Below, piece after piece: positions 1 to 9,569 of a DNA stretch of 64,000 nucleotides. Position 1 is the first letter of the stretch, and every line of letters begins with the position of its first letter. This DNA is from Flavobacteriales bacterium. Lineage in GTDB: Bacteria; Bacteroidota; Bacteroidia; Flavobacteriales_F; PHOS-HE28. Under the pieces are notes generated by a model. It was not told where the DNA came from. It made no database searches and saw nothing but the letters and a program-made list of their open reading frames with translations. A program made the translations under genes and the position numbers. Location: positions 74 to 64,073 of the forward strand of contig JAGNSU010000002.1 of NCBI GenBank assembly GCA_017987895.1, read 5' to 3'.

Positions 1-518
1 CCGATGCGGACAATGCCCTCATCACTTTCACCGATCAGAGCACCGGTGCGATCACCGATCATGCCTGGGACTTCGGCGACGGTGGCATCAGCGATCAACA
101 GCACCCCTCGCACGCGTTCATCGATGCGGACGACTTCCAAGTGATGCTCGTGGTAACGGACATCCATGGTTGCACGGACACGGCCGCGCATGTGGTCCGG
201 ATCGCTCCGGTCTATGATGTGACCATCCCGAACGGTTTCACTCCCGATCCCGTAGGAGGGAACGGAGGATACTACGATGATGACGATCTCAGCAACAACG
301 TCTTCTACCCCTTCGCCCGCTTTGTCGAGGATTTCCGCATGCGGATCTACAACCGGTGGGGGGAACTCATCTTCGAAAGCCTCGACATCCGTCAAGGGTG
401 GGACGGTTACTACCGCGGCCAACTCAGCCCGCAGGACGTGTATGTCTATCAGGTCTGGTTGCGCTTCGTGGATGGCCAGGAATCGCAGCAAGTGGGCGAC
501 ATCACCCTCTTCCGCTAA
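1..518 (+). CDS. C-terminal part of a secreted PKD-domain protein ending in a T9SS type-B (CHU_C / gliding-motility C-terminal) sorting domain. The 5' end lies outside the window.
   Basis: The frame of ORF 141..518 stays open to the window edge. Translation shows a PKD-like segment (FTDQSTGAITDHAWDFGDGG...HAF...VTDIHGC). It also shows the type-B CTD pattern (PNGFTPD...FYPF...RIYNRWGELIFES...GWDG...YVYQVW...GDITLFR). Confidence 0.8.
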   Translation, partial: DADNALITFTDQSTGAITDHAWDFGDGGISDQQHPSHAFIDADDFQVMLVVTDIHGCTDTAAHVVRIAPVYDVTIPNGFTPDPVGGNGGYYDDDDLSNNVFYPFARFVEDFRMRIYNRWGELIFESLDIRQGWDGYYRGQLSPQDVYVYQVWLRFVDGQESQQVGDITLFR

Positions 519-524
519 ACGTCC

Positions 525-1529
525 ATGAGGATATCGCTACGCACCCTGTTCCAGGTCATCTTGCTCGCGCCCTGTCTGGCGCGCGGACAGGACCCGCAGT
601 TGACGCAATCCTTCGCGGCGCCGATGTACTTGAACCCTGCGCTCACCGGCAACACGCAGCAGGACCGGATCGTCGCGAACTATAGGAACCAGTGGAGCAG
701 CGCGGTGGTGAACGCTTTCCAGACGTATGCCTGCAGTTACGATCACCGCGCCGCCAAGCTGAACAGTGGCTTTGGTTTGATGGCCATGCGCGATCGCGCC
801 GGCGTCAACGGCCTGAGCTTCACCCAGGTCTCGTTCAACTATAGCTACGAGGCGCGGATCAACCGGAAAAGCGCTTTTCGTGCCGGGCTGCGCATGGCCT
901 ATACGAACCGTGGATTGGATCCGAACAACACGCTCTTCGCCGACCAGGTGATCCGTGACAACGCCCCCACGAGCATCGAAGCGAGGATGGTGGAGCGCGT
1001 GAACTACTTCGATGTAGGCATCGGTGGCATGTACTACAACGAACGCTTCTGGGCAGGGATCAGCGCGAGCCACTTGAACCGTCCCCAGCAAAGCCTGTTC
1101 ACCGATGGGGACGCGCGATTACCCGTCCGCACGAGCGTGCATAGCGGTTACCGTTTCCCGCTGGACAACCAGCGCATGATGTACAGCCACACGATCGGCA
1201 CCTTCGCAGCGCTTTACAAGACGCAGGATAAATGGGACCAATTCGACATCGGATTCTATGTGGACCACGAGCAGCTGATCGGCGGGATCTGGTACCGTGG
1301 CATTCCCGGGCTCAAGGCCTACCAACCGGGCTACCCGAACAGCGATGCCGTGAGTTTGATGGTGGGCTATGACACGCCGATGCAACTGCGAATTGTGTAC
1401 AGCTACGACGTGACTGTCAGCATGCTCACCATGGCCAGCGGGGGGGCGCACGAGATCAGCCTCACCTACGAATGGCCGCGCAAGGTGAAGTCGCGCAAGC
1501 ATAAGATCGTGCCCTGTCCGAAGTTCTGA
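525..1529 (+). CDS. PorP/SprF-family type IX secretion system membrane protein
   Basis: Signal peptide followed by QDPQLTQSFAAPMYLNPALTGN, the typical PorP/SprF N-terminus. It lies 7 nt downstream of a type-B T9SS cargo gene, which is the usual pairing. Confidence 0.85.
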   Translation: MRISLRTLFQVILLAPCLARGQDPQLTQSFAAPMYLNPALTGNTQQDRIVANYRNQWSSAVVNAFQTYACSYDHRAAKLNSGFGLMAMRDRAGVNGLSFTQVSFNYSYEARINRKSAFRAGLRMAYTNRGLDPNNTLFADQVIRDNAPTSIEARMVERVNYFDVGIGGMYYNERFWAGISASHLNRPQQSLFTDGDARLPVRTSVHSGYRFPLDNQRMMYSHTIGTFAALYKTQDKWDQFDIGFYVDHEQLIGGIWYRGIPGLKAYQPGYPNSDAVSLMVGYDTPMQLRIVYSYDVTVSMLTMASGGAHEISLTYEWPRKVKSRKHKIVPCPKF

Positions 1530-1549
1530 TCCGTAGTCCCAACGACGCC

Positions 1550-3415
1550 CTACATCCGCTCCGGCACCTCGATGCCCAGGCACCACATGGCCCGCTTCGT
1601 CGCGGTGGCCGTGGCCGCGCTCAATCCGATGCGGAATTGGCGTTTGGCCGGATCCTCTTCTTTCATGACCGGCACCCTCTGATAGAAGGTGTTGTACGCC
1701 TGCACCAATTCGTACGTGTGGTTGGCTAGCGTCGAGGGATCCAGGCGTGTGGCCGCCTCCTGGAGCACTGCCGGAAACTGATGGAGGTGCTTGAGCACCG
1801 CGCGTTCCTCGGGGAGGAGTTCATGGTTGTCGGTCGTCGGTTGGCCGTTGACAATTGACAATTGAGTACTAGCAACCGGCAACTCCGCCTCCGCCTTCCT
1901 CAACAAACTTCTGATCCTCGCGTAGGTATACTGAATGAACGGCCCGGTGTGGCCTTGCAGATCGATGCTCGCGGCGGGGTCGAAGAGCATCTGCTTCTTT
2001 GGGTCCACTTTCAAGAGGAAATACTTGAGCGCGGCCAGGCCGACCATCTCATAGAGTTCCGTCTTCTCTTGTTCGCTCACCGCATCGAGCTTGCTGAGCT
2101 GATCGCCCGTGGCGCGCGCTTCGCCGACCATTTCTTCGATCAGGTCATCCGCATCGACCACCGTCCCTTCACGGCTCTTCATCTTTCCGCTCGGTAGATC
2201 CACCATGCCATAGCTCAGGTGAAAGAGCTCGTTGGCCCAAGGGAAGCCGAGCTTCTTCAGGATCAGGAACAGCACCTTGAAGTGGTAGTCCTGCTCGTTG
2301 CCCACGGTGTAGATCAGGCGGGAAAGGCCGGGGTGATCCTCGAAACGCTTGATGGCCGTGCCGATGTCCTGCGTCATGTAGACACTGGTGCCATCGCGGC
2401 GAAGGAGCACCTTCTCGTCGAGGCCTTCAGCGGTATTGTCCACCCAAACGGCGCCGTCCTTCTCGTAGAACACTCCCTTCTTCAGGCCTTCGAGCACATC
2501 GTTCTTGCCGAGCACGTAGGTCTGGCTCTCGTAGTAGAGTTTGTCGAACTCCACCCCCATGCGGGCATAGCTGGCGTTGAATCCTGCGTAGACCCAGCCG
2601 TTCATCTTCTCCCAAAGCGCGCGCACTTCGGGATCGTTCGCTTCCCACTTGCGCAGCATCTCCTGCGCTTCAAGCATCAAAGGAGCCAGTTTCTCGGCCT
2701 GCTCCCTGGAGATCGTCTCGGCACGCACATTCGGGTGCAGCGGTGTGGAGATGGTCGTGGCGCCGTTCTCAATGATCTCCTCCACCTGGGCCTTGTACCG
2801 TTTGTCGAACTCCACGTAGTACTTGCCCACCAGCTTATCGCCCTTCAGGCCGCTGCTCTCAGGCGTTTCGCCATTGCCGAACTTCTGCCAGGCCAGCATG
2901 CTCTTGCAGATGTGGATGCCGCGATCGTTGATCACCTGTGCCTTGATCACTTCATGACCGGCCGCTTGAAGGATGCGGCTCACACTATGCCCGAGGAAGT
3001 TGTTCCGCAAATGGCCCAGGTGCAATGGCTTGTTGGTGTTCGGCGAACTGTACTCCACCATCACCTTGCGGCCGCTCGATGGGAACTGAAGGATGTCCTT
3101 CTCCCGCGCTTCTTGAAGAAAGCCGAGCCAGTAGCGATCGGCGATCACGAGGTTGAGGAAGCCCTTGACCACGTTGAAGCGCTCCACGACCTCCACGTTC
3201 GTCTGGAGATGCTCGCCGATCGCCTGCGCCGTGGGCTCCGGGCCCTTGCCGCTCTGCTTGAGGAAGGGGAACACGTTGATCGTCACATCCCCTTCGAACT
3301 CGGGCCGTGTGGTCTGGAACGCGATGCGCTCCGCCGCGACCTCGGCATTGAAGACGGATGCGAACGCTTGCTGAACAGCGGGAACGAGCAGCGCTTGGAG
3401 ACGGTCTTGGAACAT
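1550..3415 (-). CDS. argS: arginine--tRNA ligase
   Basis: Class I HIGH-region motif (SSPNTNKPLHLGHLRN) and a C-terminal anticodon-binding region ending VPERM. I trimmed the start from ORF 1550..3520 to the ATG giving MFQDRLQALL. Confidence 0.95.
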   Translation of the reverse strand: MFQDRLQALLVPAVQQAFASVFNAEVAAERIAFQTTRPEFEGDVTINVFPFLKQSGKGPEPTAQAIGEHLQTNVEVVERFNVVKGFLNLVIADRYWLGFLQEAREKDILQFPSSGRKVMVEYSSPNTNKPLHLGHLRNNFLGHSVSRILQAAGHEVIKAQVINDRGIHICKSMLAWQKFGNGETPESSGLKGDKLVGKYYVEFDKRYKAQVEEIIENGATTISTPLHPNVRAETISREQAEKLAPLMLEAQEMLRKWEANDPEVRALWEKMNGWVYAGFNASYARMGVEFDKLYYESQTYVLGKNDVLEGLKKGVFYEKDGAVWVDNTAEGLDEKVLLRRDGTSVYMTQDIGTAIKRFEDHPGLSRLIYTVGNEQDYHFKVLFLILKKLGFPWANELFHLSYGMVDLPSGKMKSREGTVVDADDLIEEMVGEARATGDQLSKLDAVSEQEKTELYEMVGLAALKYFLLKVDPKKQMLFDPAASIDLQGHTGPFIQYTYARIRSLLRKAEAELPVASTQLSIVNGQPTTDNHELLPEERAVLKHLHQFPAVLQEAATRLDPSTLANHTYELVQAYNTFYQRVPVMKEEDPAKRQFRIGLSAATATATKRAMWCLGIEVPERM

Positions 3416-3462
3416 GGAGGCGCAAAGGAAACAGTTGTCAGTTGTCAGTTGCCGGTTGTCCG

Positions 3463-4407
3463 TCAAAGCCGGGTATCCGACAACTGCGCCTTGCTCAAGA
3501 AGTTCTCCGCCAGCATGCACCGCACGCTGCCACCACCCACGCGCTCAATGGTGGGTACCGCCACCGGCACCAACTGGCCGTGCTTCTCCAGCGCGATACG
3601 TTGATCCGGCCGCAGGGCGGCGAATGCGGTCTCGGAGAGGAAAATGAACATACCCTTGGCGGAACGCAGTTGCAGCATGTTGCCGACGAAGGCGTGCATC
3701 TGCTCCAGCGATATCGGGATGATCTCCTTGTTCGCACGCTCCAACTCGGTGCGCACGTCGTCACGATCCACGGGATAGGGCAGGGCCTCGAAGCAAACCG
3801 CCGCGAACGCCTCACCGATGCTCATCAGCACGTTCGTGTGGTAGACCGGCTGGCCCGTCAGCGTCCCGTCCATCGTGGCCAGGAACGGGACCTGGTGCCC
3901 GAGCAGGGTGCCGCACCAGAGGTTCAATGCGCGTTCCGTGGTGCGTGGTGAGAGGGCCGCGTAAGCCACATTGCGCACTCGATCCAGCACCAGGCTGCCC
4001 GTGCCTTCCAGAAAGCGGTCGTCGTTCTCAAGCACGCTCAGGTCCACCAGGCGCCGCACCTTGAAGCCTTCGCGGACCAAGACCTCATCGAAGGCACGAT
4101 CGCGTTCCGCACGACGGCTCGGCGTACGCATTGGATAGAGCACCACGGTGCCATCGGCGTGGGTGCTGAACCAGTTGTTCGGGAACACCGCGTTCGGTGC
4201 GGCCGGATCCACGGGATCGAGCACCGTGGTGGCGATACCACAGTTCCTCAATGCCATAAGGAGCGCATCGAACTCCTCCTCCGCCTGCTTCCGGATCTCC
4301 GGATCATCGACGAGTTGTTGGAACCCATTGCTCTCCGCTGTCTCCGGATCGAACCCGAAGCCGGTGGGCCGGATGAGGATGACGCCGGATGCGACCTGGC
4401 TGCTCAT
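3463..4407 (-). CDS. amidinotransferase-fold, arginine deiminase-related protein (citrulline-utilisation hydrolase CtlX-like)
   Basis: 314 aa. N-terminus ILIRPTGFGFDPETAESN and C-terminal catalytic-Cys motif GGGSVRCMLAE, typical of the guanidino-group-modifying fold. It sits between argS and an arginase-family gene. Confidence 0.7.
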   Translation of the reverse strand: MSSQVASGVILIRPTGFGFDPETAESNGFQQLVDDPEIRKQAEEEFDALLMALRNCGIATTVLDPVDPAAPNAVFPNNWFSTHADGTVVLYPMRTPSRRAERDRAFDEVLVREGFKVRRLVDLSVLENDDRFLEGTGSLVLDRVRNVAYAALSPRTTERALNLWCGTLLGHQVPFLATMDGTLTGQPVYHTNVLMSIGEAFAAVCFEALPYPVDRDDVRTELERANKEIIPISLEQMHAFVGNMLQLRSAKGMFIFLSETAFAALRPDQRIALEKHGQLVPVAVPTIERVGGGSVRCMLAENFLSKAQLSDTRL

Positions 4408-4452
4408 GAATTTTGAATTAGGAATTCCTAATTCTTGGGCTAGCGTGCGCGC

Positions 4453-5391
4453 TCAGCGGTTCCGAAGAATGGGATAGAGCGGCTCCAACACCCCCAGCAC
4501 CGATTCGGCCATGGCGTTGTTAGTGTCGAGCGCGGGGTTGATCTCGACCACATCGAGGGTCGCGGTCTTGGGATCGGTGCAGAAGCCGGTGAGCAGTTCG
4601 CGCGCTTCGTCCAGGGTGATGCCGTTCGGTACCGGTGTCCCGGTCCCCACGGAGATCGAAGGATCCAAACTGTCCACATCGAAGCTGACGTGGATGCGTT
4701 CACAGGCCGTGAGGTAGGCGAGCGTTTCCCGCACCACGGCGCTGGCGCCTTTGGCGCGCAACTGTTCCACGGTGATCACCTTGATCTTCAGTTCATCGAT
4801 GATGGCCTGCTCTTCGGGCTCGTAGTCGCGCAGGGCGATGAAGACCAGATCGCTAGGCACGAGCTTGGGGCCGTTCACGCCGATCTTCCGCAGGCGGTCC
4901 CATACATCCATGGTGAACACGCGCGGACGATTGCGGCCTTTCTTCTCCAAGTGCATCAGCAGCGCCAGCGGCATGCCGTGTACGTTGCCGCTCGGCGTGG
5001 TCCAGGGCGAATGCAGGTCGGCGTGGGCATCGATCCAGATCACCCCGAGCCGTTCGTTCGGGTAGGCCATCTTGGTGCCTGACACCGAGCCGATGGCAAT
5101 GCTGTGGTCCCCTCCCACCACGATCGGAAAGGTGTTGTTCCGCAGGTAGCGGTACACCTCGTAGGCCAGATCGCTCTCGAAGCGGATCAATCCGTCGATG
5201 TGGTGGGCGCTCGGGGAGCTATCGTCCTCGTAGAGCACGTCGTTCTCGTCCCGGAGGATGCTTTCCTCGGCATGCCCGAACAGTTCGCTGCCCAATTTCC
5301 ACGCCGCCACTCGAAGGGCCGCCATGCCCATGCTGGCTCCGCGCTTGCCCGCCCCGATCTCCGAGGCGGCTTCGATCAATCGTAGTTCCAT
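4453..5391 (-). CDS. arginase-family (ureohydrolase) enzyme, probably arginase
   Basis: Mn-binding motifs GGDHSIAIG, IWIDAHADLH and SFDVDSLDP. Confidence 0.8.
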   Translation of the reverse strand: MELRLIEAASEIGAGKRGASMGMAALRVAAWKLGSELFGHAEESILRDENDVLYEDDSSPSAHHIDGLIRFESDLAYEVYRYLRNNTFPIVVGGDHSIAIGSVSGTKMAYPNERLGVIWIDAHADLHSPWTTPSGNVHGMPLALLMHLEKKGRNRPRVFTMDVWDRLRKIGVNGPKLVPSDLVFIALRDYEPEEQAIIDELKIKVITVEQLRAKGASAVVRETLAYLTACERIHVSFDVDSLDPSISVGTGTPVPNGITLDEARELLTGFCTDPKTATLDVVEINPALDTNNAMAESVLGVLEPLYPILRNR

Positions 5392-5502
5392 AAATACCCT
5401 TCTTACCGGACGGCCAAGGTACGGAGGCCCCTTTCCAAGCTCCGGAACCCTGGGTACGACCTGCCCGTAGGAAGGCCACCTGTCATTGCTTCAGATCGAC
5501 CG

Positions 5503-6210
5503 ATGGACCACAAGGACACCACGACTACCGCTGTGCTGCTTGCCGTTGCCCTTCTGGGCAACGGCTGCGGCCAGGGGCTACTGCAAGAGCATGTGGCCGA
5601 GGGGGTTATAGAGTACGCCCTCACCTTCCCGGACTACGACCCGGACGGGCTGATGGCGGGCATGCTCCCGGAAAAAACCACGCTCACCTTCGGCAGTGGC
5701 ATGCAGATGGCCGAACTGAGCGCCGGCATGGGTGTGTTCCGCACCTCCATCGTCACGGACAACGAGCAGAAGGAAATGGACTACCAGCTCAGCGTGCTGA
5801 GCAAGAAGCTGGTGAGCCACATGGGCCAGCGCGACATCCTGAGCTTCAACAAGGAAAAGCCGGCCGTTACCTTTCTGTACACCGGCGAACTCGACACCAT
5901 CGCCGGCTATCCGTGCAAAAAAGCCGTGGCGCTCTTCGGCAGCATCGACCGCCCCGAGATCGAGGTGTGGTACACCGACCGTATCCGCATCGAAGACCCC
6001 AACTGGTTCAGCCCGTTCCGCGAGATCCCTGGGGTACTGCTGCGGTACGAAATGATCCAGTACGGCATGCGTATGCGCCTGGAAGCCACCACCGTGATAC
6101 CCGGCCCAGTGGAACCCACCAAGTTCGCTTTGAAGGAGGGCTACCAAAAGGTGTCCCCTGATGTGCTCCACGGCGAGCTCGAAGAGGTGCTTTCCTCCTT
6201 CAGTCTCTGA
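5503..6210 (+). CDS. hypothetical lipoprotein (distantly GLPGLI-like)
   Basis: Lipobox-like N-terminus (LLAVALLGNGC). The segment FREIPGVLLRYEM resembles the GLPGLI motif region. No stronger family signal. Confidence 0.5.
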   Translation: MDHKDTTTTAVLLAVALLGNGCGQGLLQEHVAEGVIEYALTFPDYDPDGLMAGMLPEKTTLTFGSGMQMAELSAGMGVFRTSIVTDNEQKEMDYQLSVLSKKLVSHMGQRDILSFNKEKPAVTFLYTGELDTIAGYPCKKAVALFGSIDRPEIEVWYTDRIRIEDPNWFSPFREIPGVLLRYEMIQYGMRMRLEATTVIPGPVEPTKFALKEGYQKVSPDVLHGELEEVLSSFSL

Positions 6211-6273
6211 GGTTCACAACCTGCGGCGGTTTTCCCTAAAGCACTGTTGATAATAGCGGCCCGGTGAGGGCCG

Positions 6274-8952
6274 TTGTTGCTGAGCCCCCCCGATACTTTT
6301 ATCGGGTCCGCGCGCCAGCCTGCGCGGGCACCGCATCCATTGGCCAGCGAACGCAAGAACAAGGTCCGCGAAACGGACGAAGTAGAGGAAGCGCCCAAGC
6401 GTTCCCCAAGGCGCAATGCTTCCAAGGAAGCCAGTGAAGGTTTCCTTCCCAAAGTGAAGGCCTTTGTGCGCGACGGCCGCACCCACAAGGTGGTGGGCCT
6501 GATGCTGGTGCTTGGCGCGGGCTATCTGCTGGTGGCGTTCGTCTCCTATCTCTTCACTTGGAAGTTGGACCAGGACCTTACCAACCGATCGTGGGGCGTG
6601 TTACTGAGCCGCGAGGTGCAGGCCGAGAACTGGCTGGGCAAATTGGGCGCACTGCTCTCCCACCGCTTCATCCGCACCTGGTTCGGCATCGCATCGTTCG
6701 CCTTTGTGCTGTGGAGCTTCCTCGGTGGCATGCGCATTCTGCTGGGTACGTGGTTGCTGCCTTTCAAGCGCACCCTTACCTGGACCGCCCTCACGCTGCT
6801 CTGGCTGCCAGCCGCGCTCGGCTTCGTGTTCCGCAGCGGTGATATGGCCTTCCTCGGAGGCGCCGTGGGCTATACGATCAACGGACATCTCACCGGCCTG
6901 ATCGGCAACTTCGGCACCGGGGCCTTGCTCCTCTTCAGCCTCGGCGCGGTGCTGACGGTGGTGTTCGATCCTTCCTTCGAGTGGCTCGGGAAGTTGCTTC
7001 AGAAGAAGGCGCCTGCGGTTGAGGCTGTGGAAGAGGTGGTGGAAGAGCCGGTGGTGAAGTCGAACCGCGCGAAACGCGAAATGGAAGAGGCCGCAGCCGC
7101 TGAAGTGCCGGTCGTTCCCGCTCCTACCCCATCGATGGAGTTGGAGGTGGAGCCTGCTGTGGTGGAGCCGATGATGGATGAGGCATTGCGCGACCCCGGG
7201 TCGGAGCCCGGGGTGAAAGACGACATTGAAGAAGAAACCGAGGAAGAAGAAGTCGGCCTCGAACTTGAAATGGGTGATAGTGCTGTCGAGGAAGTGCTTC
7301 TCGACCCCATCCTCGCGGCTGTGCCTATGTCTGTCGACGGCATGAGCGTGGAGGCGCCCAAGGCGGAGAAAACTTTGAGCGAGGACCAGATCGAGGAGAA
7401 GCTGAAGGAGTTCGGCGAGTACGACCCCACCCTGGACCTGAGCAGCTACGAGCTTCCACCGATCGATCTATTGGTGGACCATGGCACCGGCGAACTGACG
7501 GTGACCAAGGAAGAGCTCGAGGCGAACAAGGACCGCATCGTCGAGACGCTCGGGCACTACAACATCGGCATCGACAAGATCAAAGCGACGATCGGGCCGA
7601 CGGTTACGCTGTACGAGATCATCCCGCAGGCGGGGGTGCGCATCAGCAAGATCAAGAACCTGGAGGACGACATCGCCCTGAGCCTCGCCGCGCTCGGCAT
7701 CCGCATCATCGCGCCGATCCCCGGCAAGGGCACCATCGGTATCGAAGTCCCCAACAGCAAGCCGCAGGTAGTGGGCATGCGCGCGGTGATCGCCAGCGAG
7801 AAGTTCCAGAACAGTACGGCCGATCTGCCCATCGTACTGGGCAAGACGATCACCAACGAGACCTTCGTCACCGACCTCACCAAGATGCCCCACCTGCTGA
7901 TGGCCGGTGCCACGGGCCAGGGCAAGTCGGTGGGCTTGAACGCGATCCTCGTCAGCCTGCTCTATAAGAAGCACCCGAGCCAGATCAAGTTCGTGCTGGT
8001 GGACCCGAAGAAGGTGGAGCTCACCCTCTTCAACAAGATCGAGCGCCACTTCCTGGCCAAGTTGCCCGGCGACAGCGATGCCATCATCACCGATACCAAG
8101 AAGGTGGTGGCCACGCTGAACAGCTTGTGCATCGAGATGGACGAGCGCTACGAGCTGCTGAAGGACGCGCAGGTGCGCAACATCAAGGAGTACAACACCA
8201 AGTTCATCCAGCGTCGCCTGAACCCGGAGAACGGCCACCGCTACCTCCCCTACATCGTGCTGGTGGTGGACGAGTTCGCCGACCTGATCATGACGGCCGG
8301 CCGCGAAGTAGAAACCCCGATCGCCCGCCTCGCCCAGCTCGCGCGCGCCATCGGCATCCACCTGATCATCGCCACGCAGCGCCCGAGCGTGAACATCATT
8401 ACCGGTACCATCAAGGCCAACTTCCCGGCGCGGATCGCCTTCCGGGTCACGAGCAAGATCGATAGCCGCACCATCCTCGATACCGGCGGCGCCGACCAGC
8501 TGATCGGTCGTGGCGACATGCTGCTGAGTACCGGCAACGAGCTTATCCGCATCCAGTGCGCCTTCGTGGATACGCCGGAGGTGGACAAGATCACCGAGTT
8601 CATCGGCAACCAGCGCGGCTATCCCGATGCCCTGCTCCTACCCGAGCCCCCGATGGAGGAAGGCGAAGGGGGAGTGGACCTCGACGATGGCGAGCGCGAC
8701 AGCATGTTCGAGGATGCTGCTCGCCTTGTGGTGCAAACACAGCAAGGCAGCACCTCCCTCATCCAACGCAAGTTGAAGCTGGGCTATAACCGCGCCGGCC
8801 GCATCGTGGACCAACTGGAAGCCGCCGGCATCCTCGGTGGGTTCGAGGGCAGCAAGGCGCGCCGCGTGATGATCCCCAATGAGCAGGCCTTGCATGCGCA
8901 CCTGAACGCGGGTGTGACGGCGGGGGCTGGGCCGGGGATGGGGGGATTCTGA
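6274..8952 (+). CDS. ftsK: DNA translocase FtsK/SpoIIIE
   Basis: N-terminal TM helices, an acidic linker, Walker A GATGQGKS, Walker B VLVVDEFADL, and a gamma winged-helix domain (STSLIQRKLKLGYNRAGRIVDQLE). There is no in-frame ATG upstream of the first TM helix, so the start is probably TTG or GTG and its exact position is uncertain. Confidence 0.95.
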   Translation: MLLSPPDTFIGSARQPARAPHPLASERKNKVRETDEVEEAPKRSPRRNASKEASEGFLPKVKAFVRDGRTHKVVGLMLVLGAGYLLVAFVSYLFTWKLDQDLTNRSWGVLLSREVQAENWLGKLGALLSHRFIRTWFGIASFAFVLWSFLGGMRILLGTWLLPFKRTLTWTALTLLWLPAALGFVFRSGDMAFLGGAVGYTINGHLTGLIGNFGTGALLLFSLGAVLTVVFDPSFEWLGKLLQKKAPAVEAVEEVVEEPVVKSNRAKREMEEAAAAEVPVVPAPTPSMELEVEPAVVEPMMDEALRDPGSEPGVKDDIEEETEEEEVGLELEMGDSAVEEVLLDPILAAVPMSVDGMSVEAPKAEKTLSEDQIEEKLKEFGEYDPTLDLSSYELPPIDLLVDHGTGELTVTKEELEANKDRIVETLGHYNIGIDKIKATIGPTVTLYEIIPQAGVRISKIKNLEDDIALSLAALGIRIIAPIPGKGTIGIEVPNSKPQVVGMRAVIASEKFQNSTADLPIVLGKTITNETFVTDLTKMPHLLMAGATGQGKSVGLNAILVSLLYKKHPSQIKFVLVDPKKVELTLFNKIERHFLAKLPGDSDAIITDTKKVVATLNSLCIEMDERYELLKDAQVRNIKEYNTKFIQRRLNPENGHRYLPYIVLVVDEFADLIMTAGREVETPIARLAQLARAIGIHLIIATQRPSVNIITGTIKANFPARIAFRVTSKIDSRTILDTGGADQLIGRGDMLLSTGNELIRIQCAFVDTPEVDKITEFIGNQRGYPDALLLPEPPMEEGEGGVDLDDGERDSMFEDAARLVVQTQQGSTSLIQRKLKLGYNRAGRIVDQLEAAGILGGFEGSKARRVMIPNEQALHAHLNAGVTAGAGPGMGGF

Positions 8953-8954
8953 GG
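8830..8954 (+). repeat. Direct repeat copy 1 (the functional ftsK 3' terminus)
   Basis: 125 bp that recur at 9570..9694. I counted 6 mismatches. Confidence 0.9.
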
Positions 8955-8997
8955 ACACCAGACCGTGCCTGTTTAACTTGCGATCATCTTCCTTCCC

Positions 8998-9162
8998 ATG
9001 GGCAAGCTGGCTAACAAACCGACCAAGCGCACCACAGTGCGCAAGAGCACACCGAAGCGTCCCAAACGGGCGTTGCCCGATGTGCGGAAGTTCAGCGGTG
9101 CTGTTCCGGGCATGGCGGAATGGGCCTTGGAGGAAGTGAGGCGTATGCGCGATGAGTGGTGA
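8998..9162 (+). CDS. putative small antitoxin of a VapBC-like pair (54 codons, below the ORF-track cutoff)
   Basis: Hand translation: MGKLANKPTKRTTVRKSTPKRPKRALPDVRKFSGAVPGMAEWALEEVRRMRDEW. Its stop overlaps the PIN gene start by 11 nt (gATGAGTGGTGA). Confidence 0.5.
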   Translation: MGKLANKPTKRTTVRKSTPKRPKRALPDVRKFSGAVPGMAEWALEEVRRMRDEW

Positions 9163-9520
9163 GCGGATCCTCGCGGACACCAACATCCTCATCCGGATGT
9201 TCTCGGGTGAGAAGACGGTGGTCGACTTCCTGAGCGGTGCCGACATCCATGTTTCGTTCATCACAGAGATCGAACTGCTCGCAACTTCGCGCATAACCGA
9301 TGCACAAGCGAGGAAGATCCGGGCGTTCCTGGACCAATGCCTGATCATTGGTGCGGAACACGAAGTGCGCTCCTATGCTATCGACTTCCGCAAACAGACC
9401 GGACTGAAGTTGCCCGACTGCATCATTGCCGCCACCGGCGCTTACTTGAACATGCCGCTGGTGACCGGTGACAAGCACTTCGACAAGCTGGAGGATGAGA
9501 TCGCGTTGTTCCGGTTGTGA
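9152..9520 (+). CDS. vapC: PIN-domain toxin (VapC-like ribonuclease)
   Basis: 122 aa with the conserved acidic positions in LADTNILI, TEIELL, LPDCIIAAT and TGDKHF. Confidence 0.85.
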   Translation: MSGERILADTNILIRMFSGEKTVVDFLSGADIHVSFITEIELLATSRITDAQARKIRAFLDQCLIIGAEHEVRSYAIDFRKQTGLKLPDCIIAATGAYLNMPLVTGDKHFDKLEDEIALFRL

Positions 9521-9569
9521 TCACAGCTACGAGCGCGGGGCCCGAGGCGGGAGACCCGGCAGTGGGTTG

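Noticed and set aside
2219-3604. Long antisense or overlapping ORFs in the track. Examples are 2219..3604 (+), 16101..17495 (+), 35145..36422 (-), 44375..46039 (-), 48685..50295 (+), 18311..19312 (-) and 39409..40419 (-).
   Set aside because: Each lies opposite to, or out of frame with, a gene that has clear family motifs (argS, the repeat protein, the Gate-domain protein, uvrB, katG, the HTH/Zn-ribbon pair, HTTM). Their translations are Arg/Ala/Gly/Pro-rich with no motifs. These are typical shadow ORFs of high-G+C DNA.
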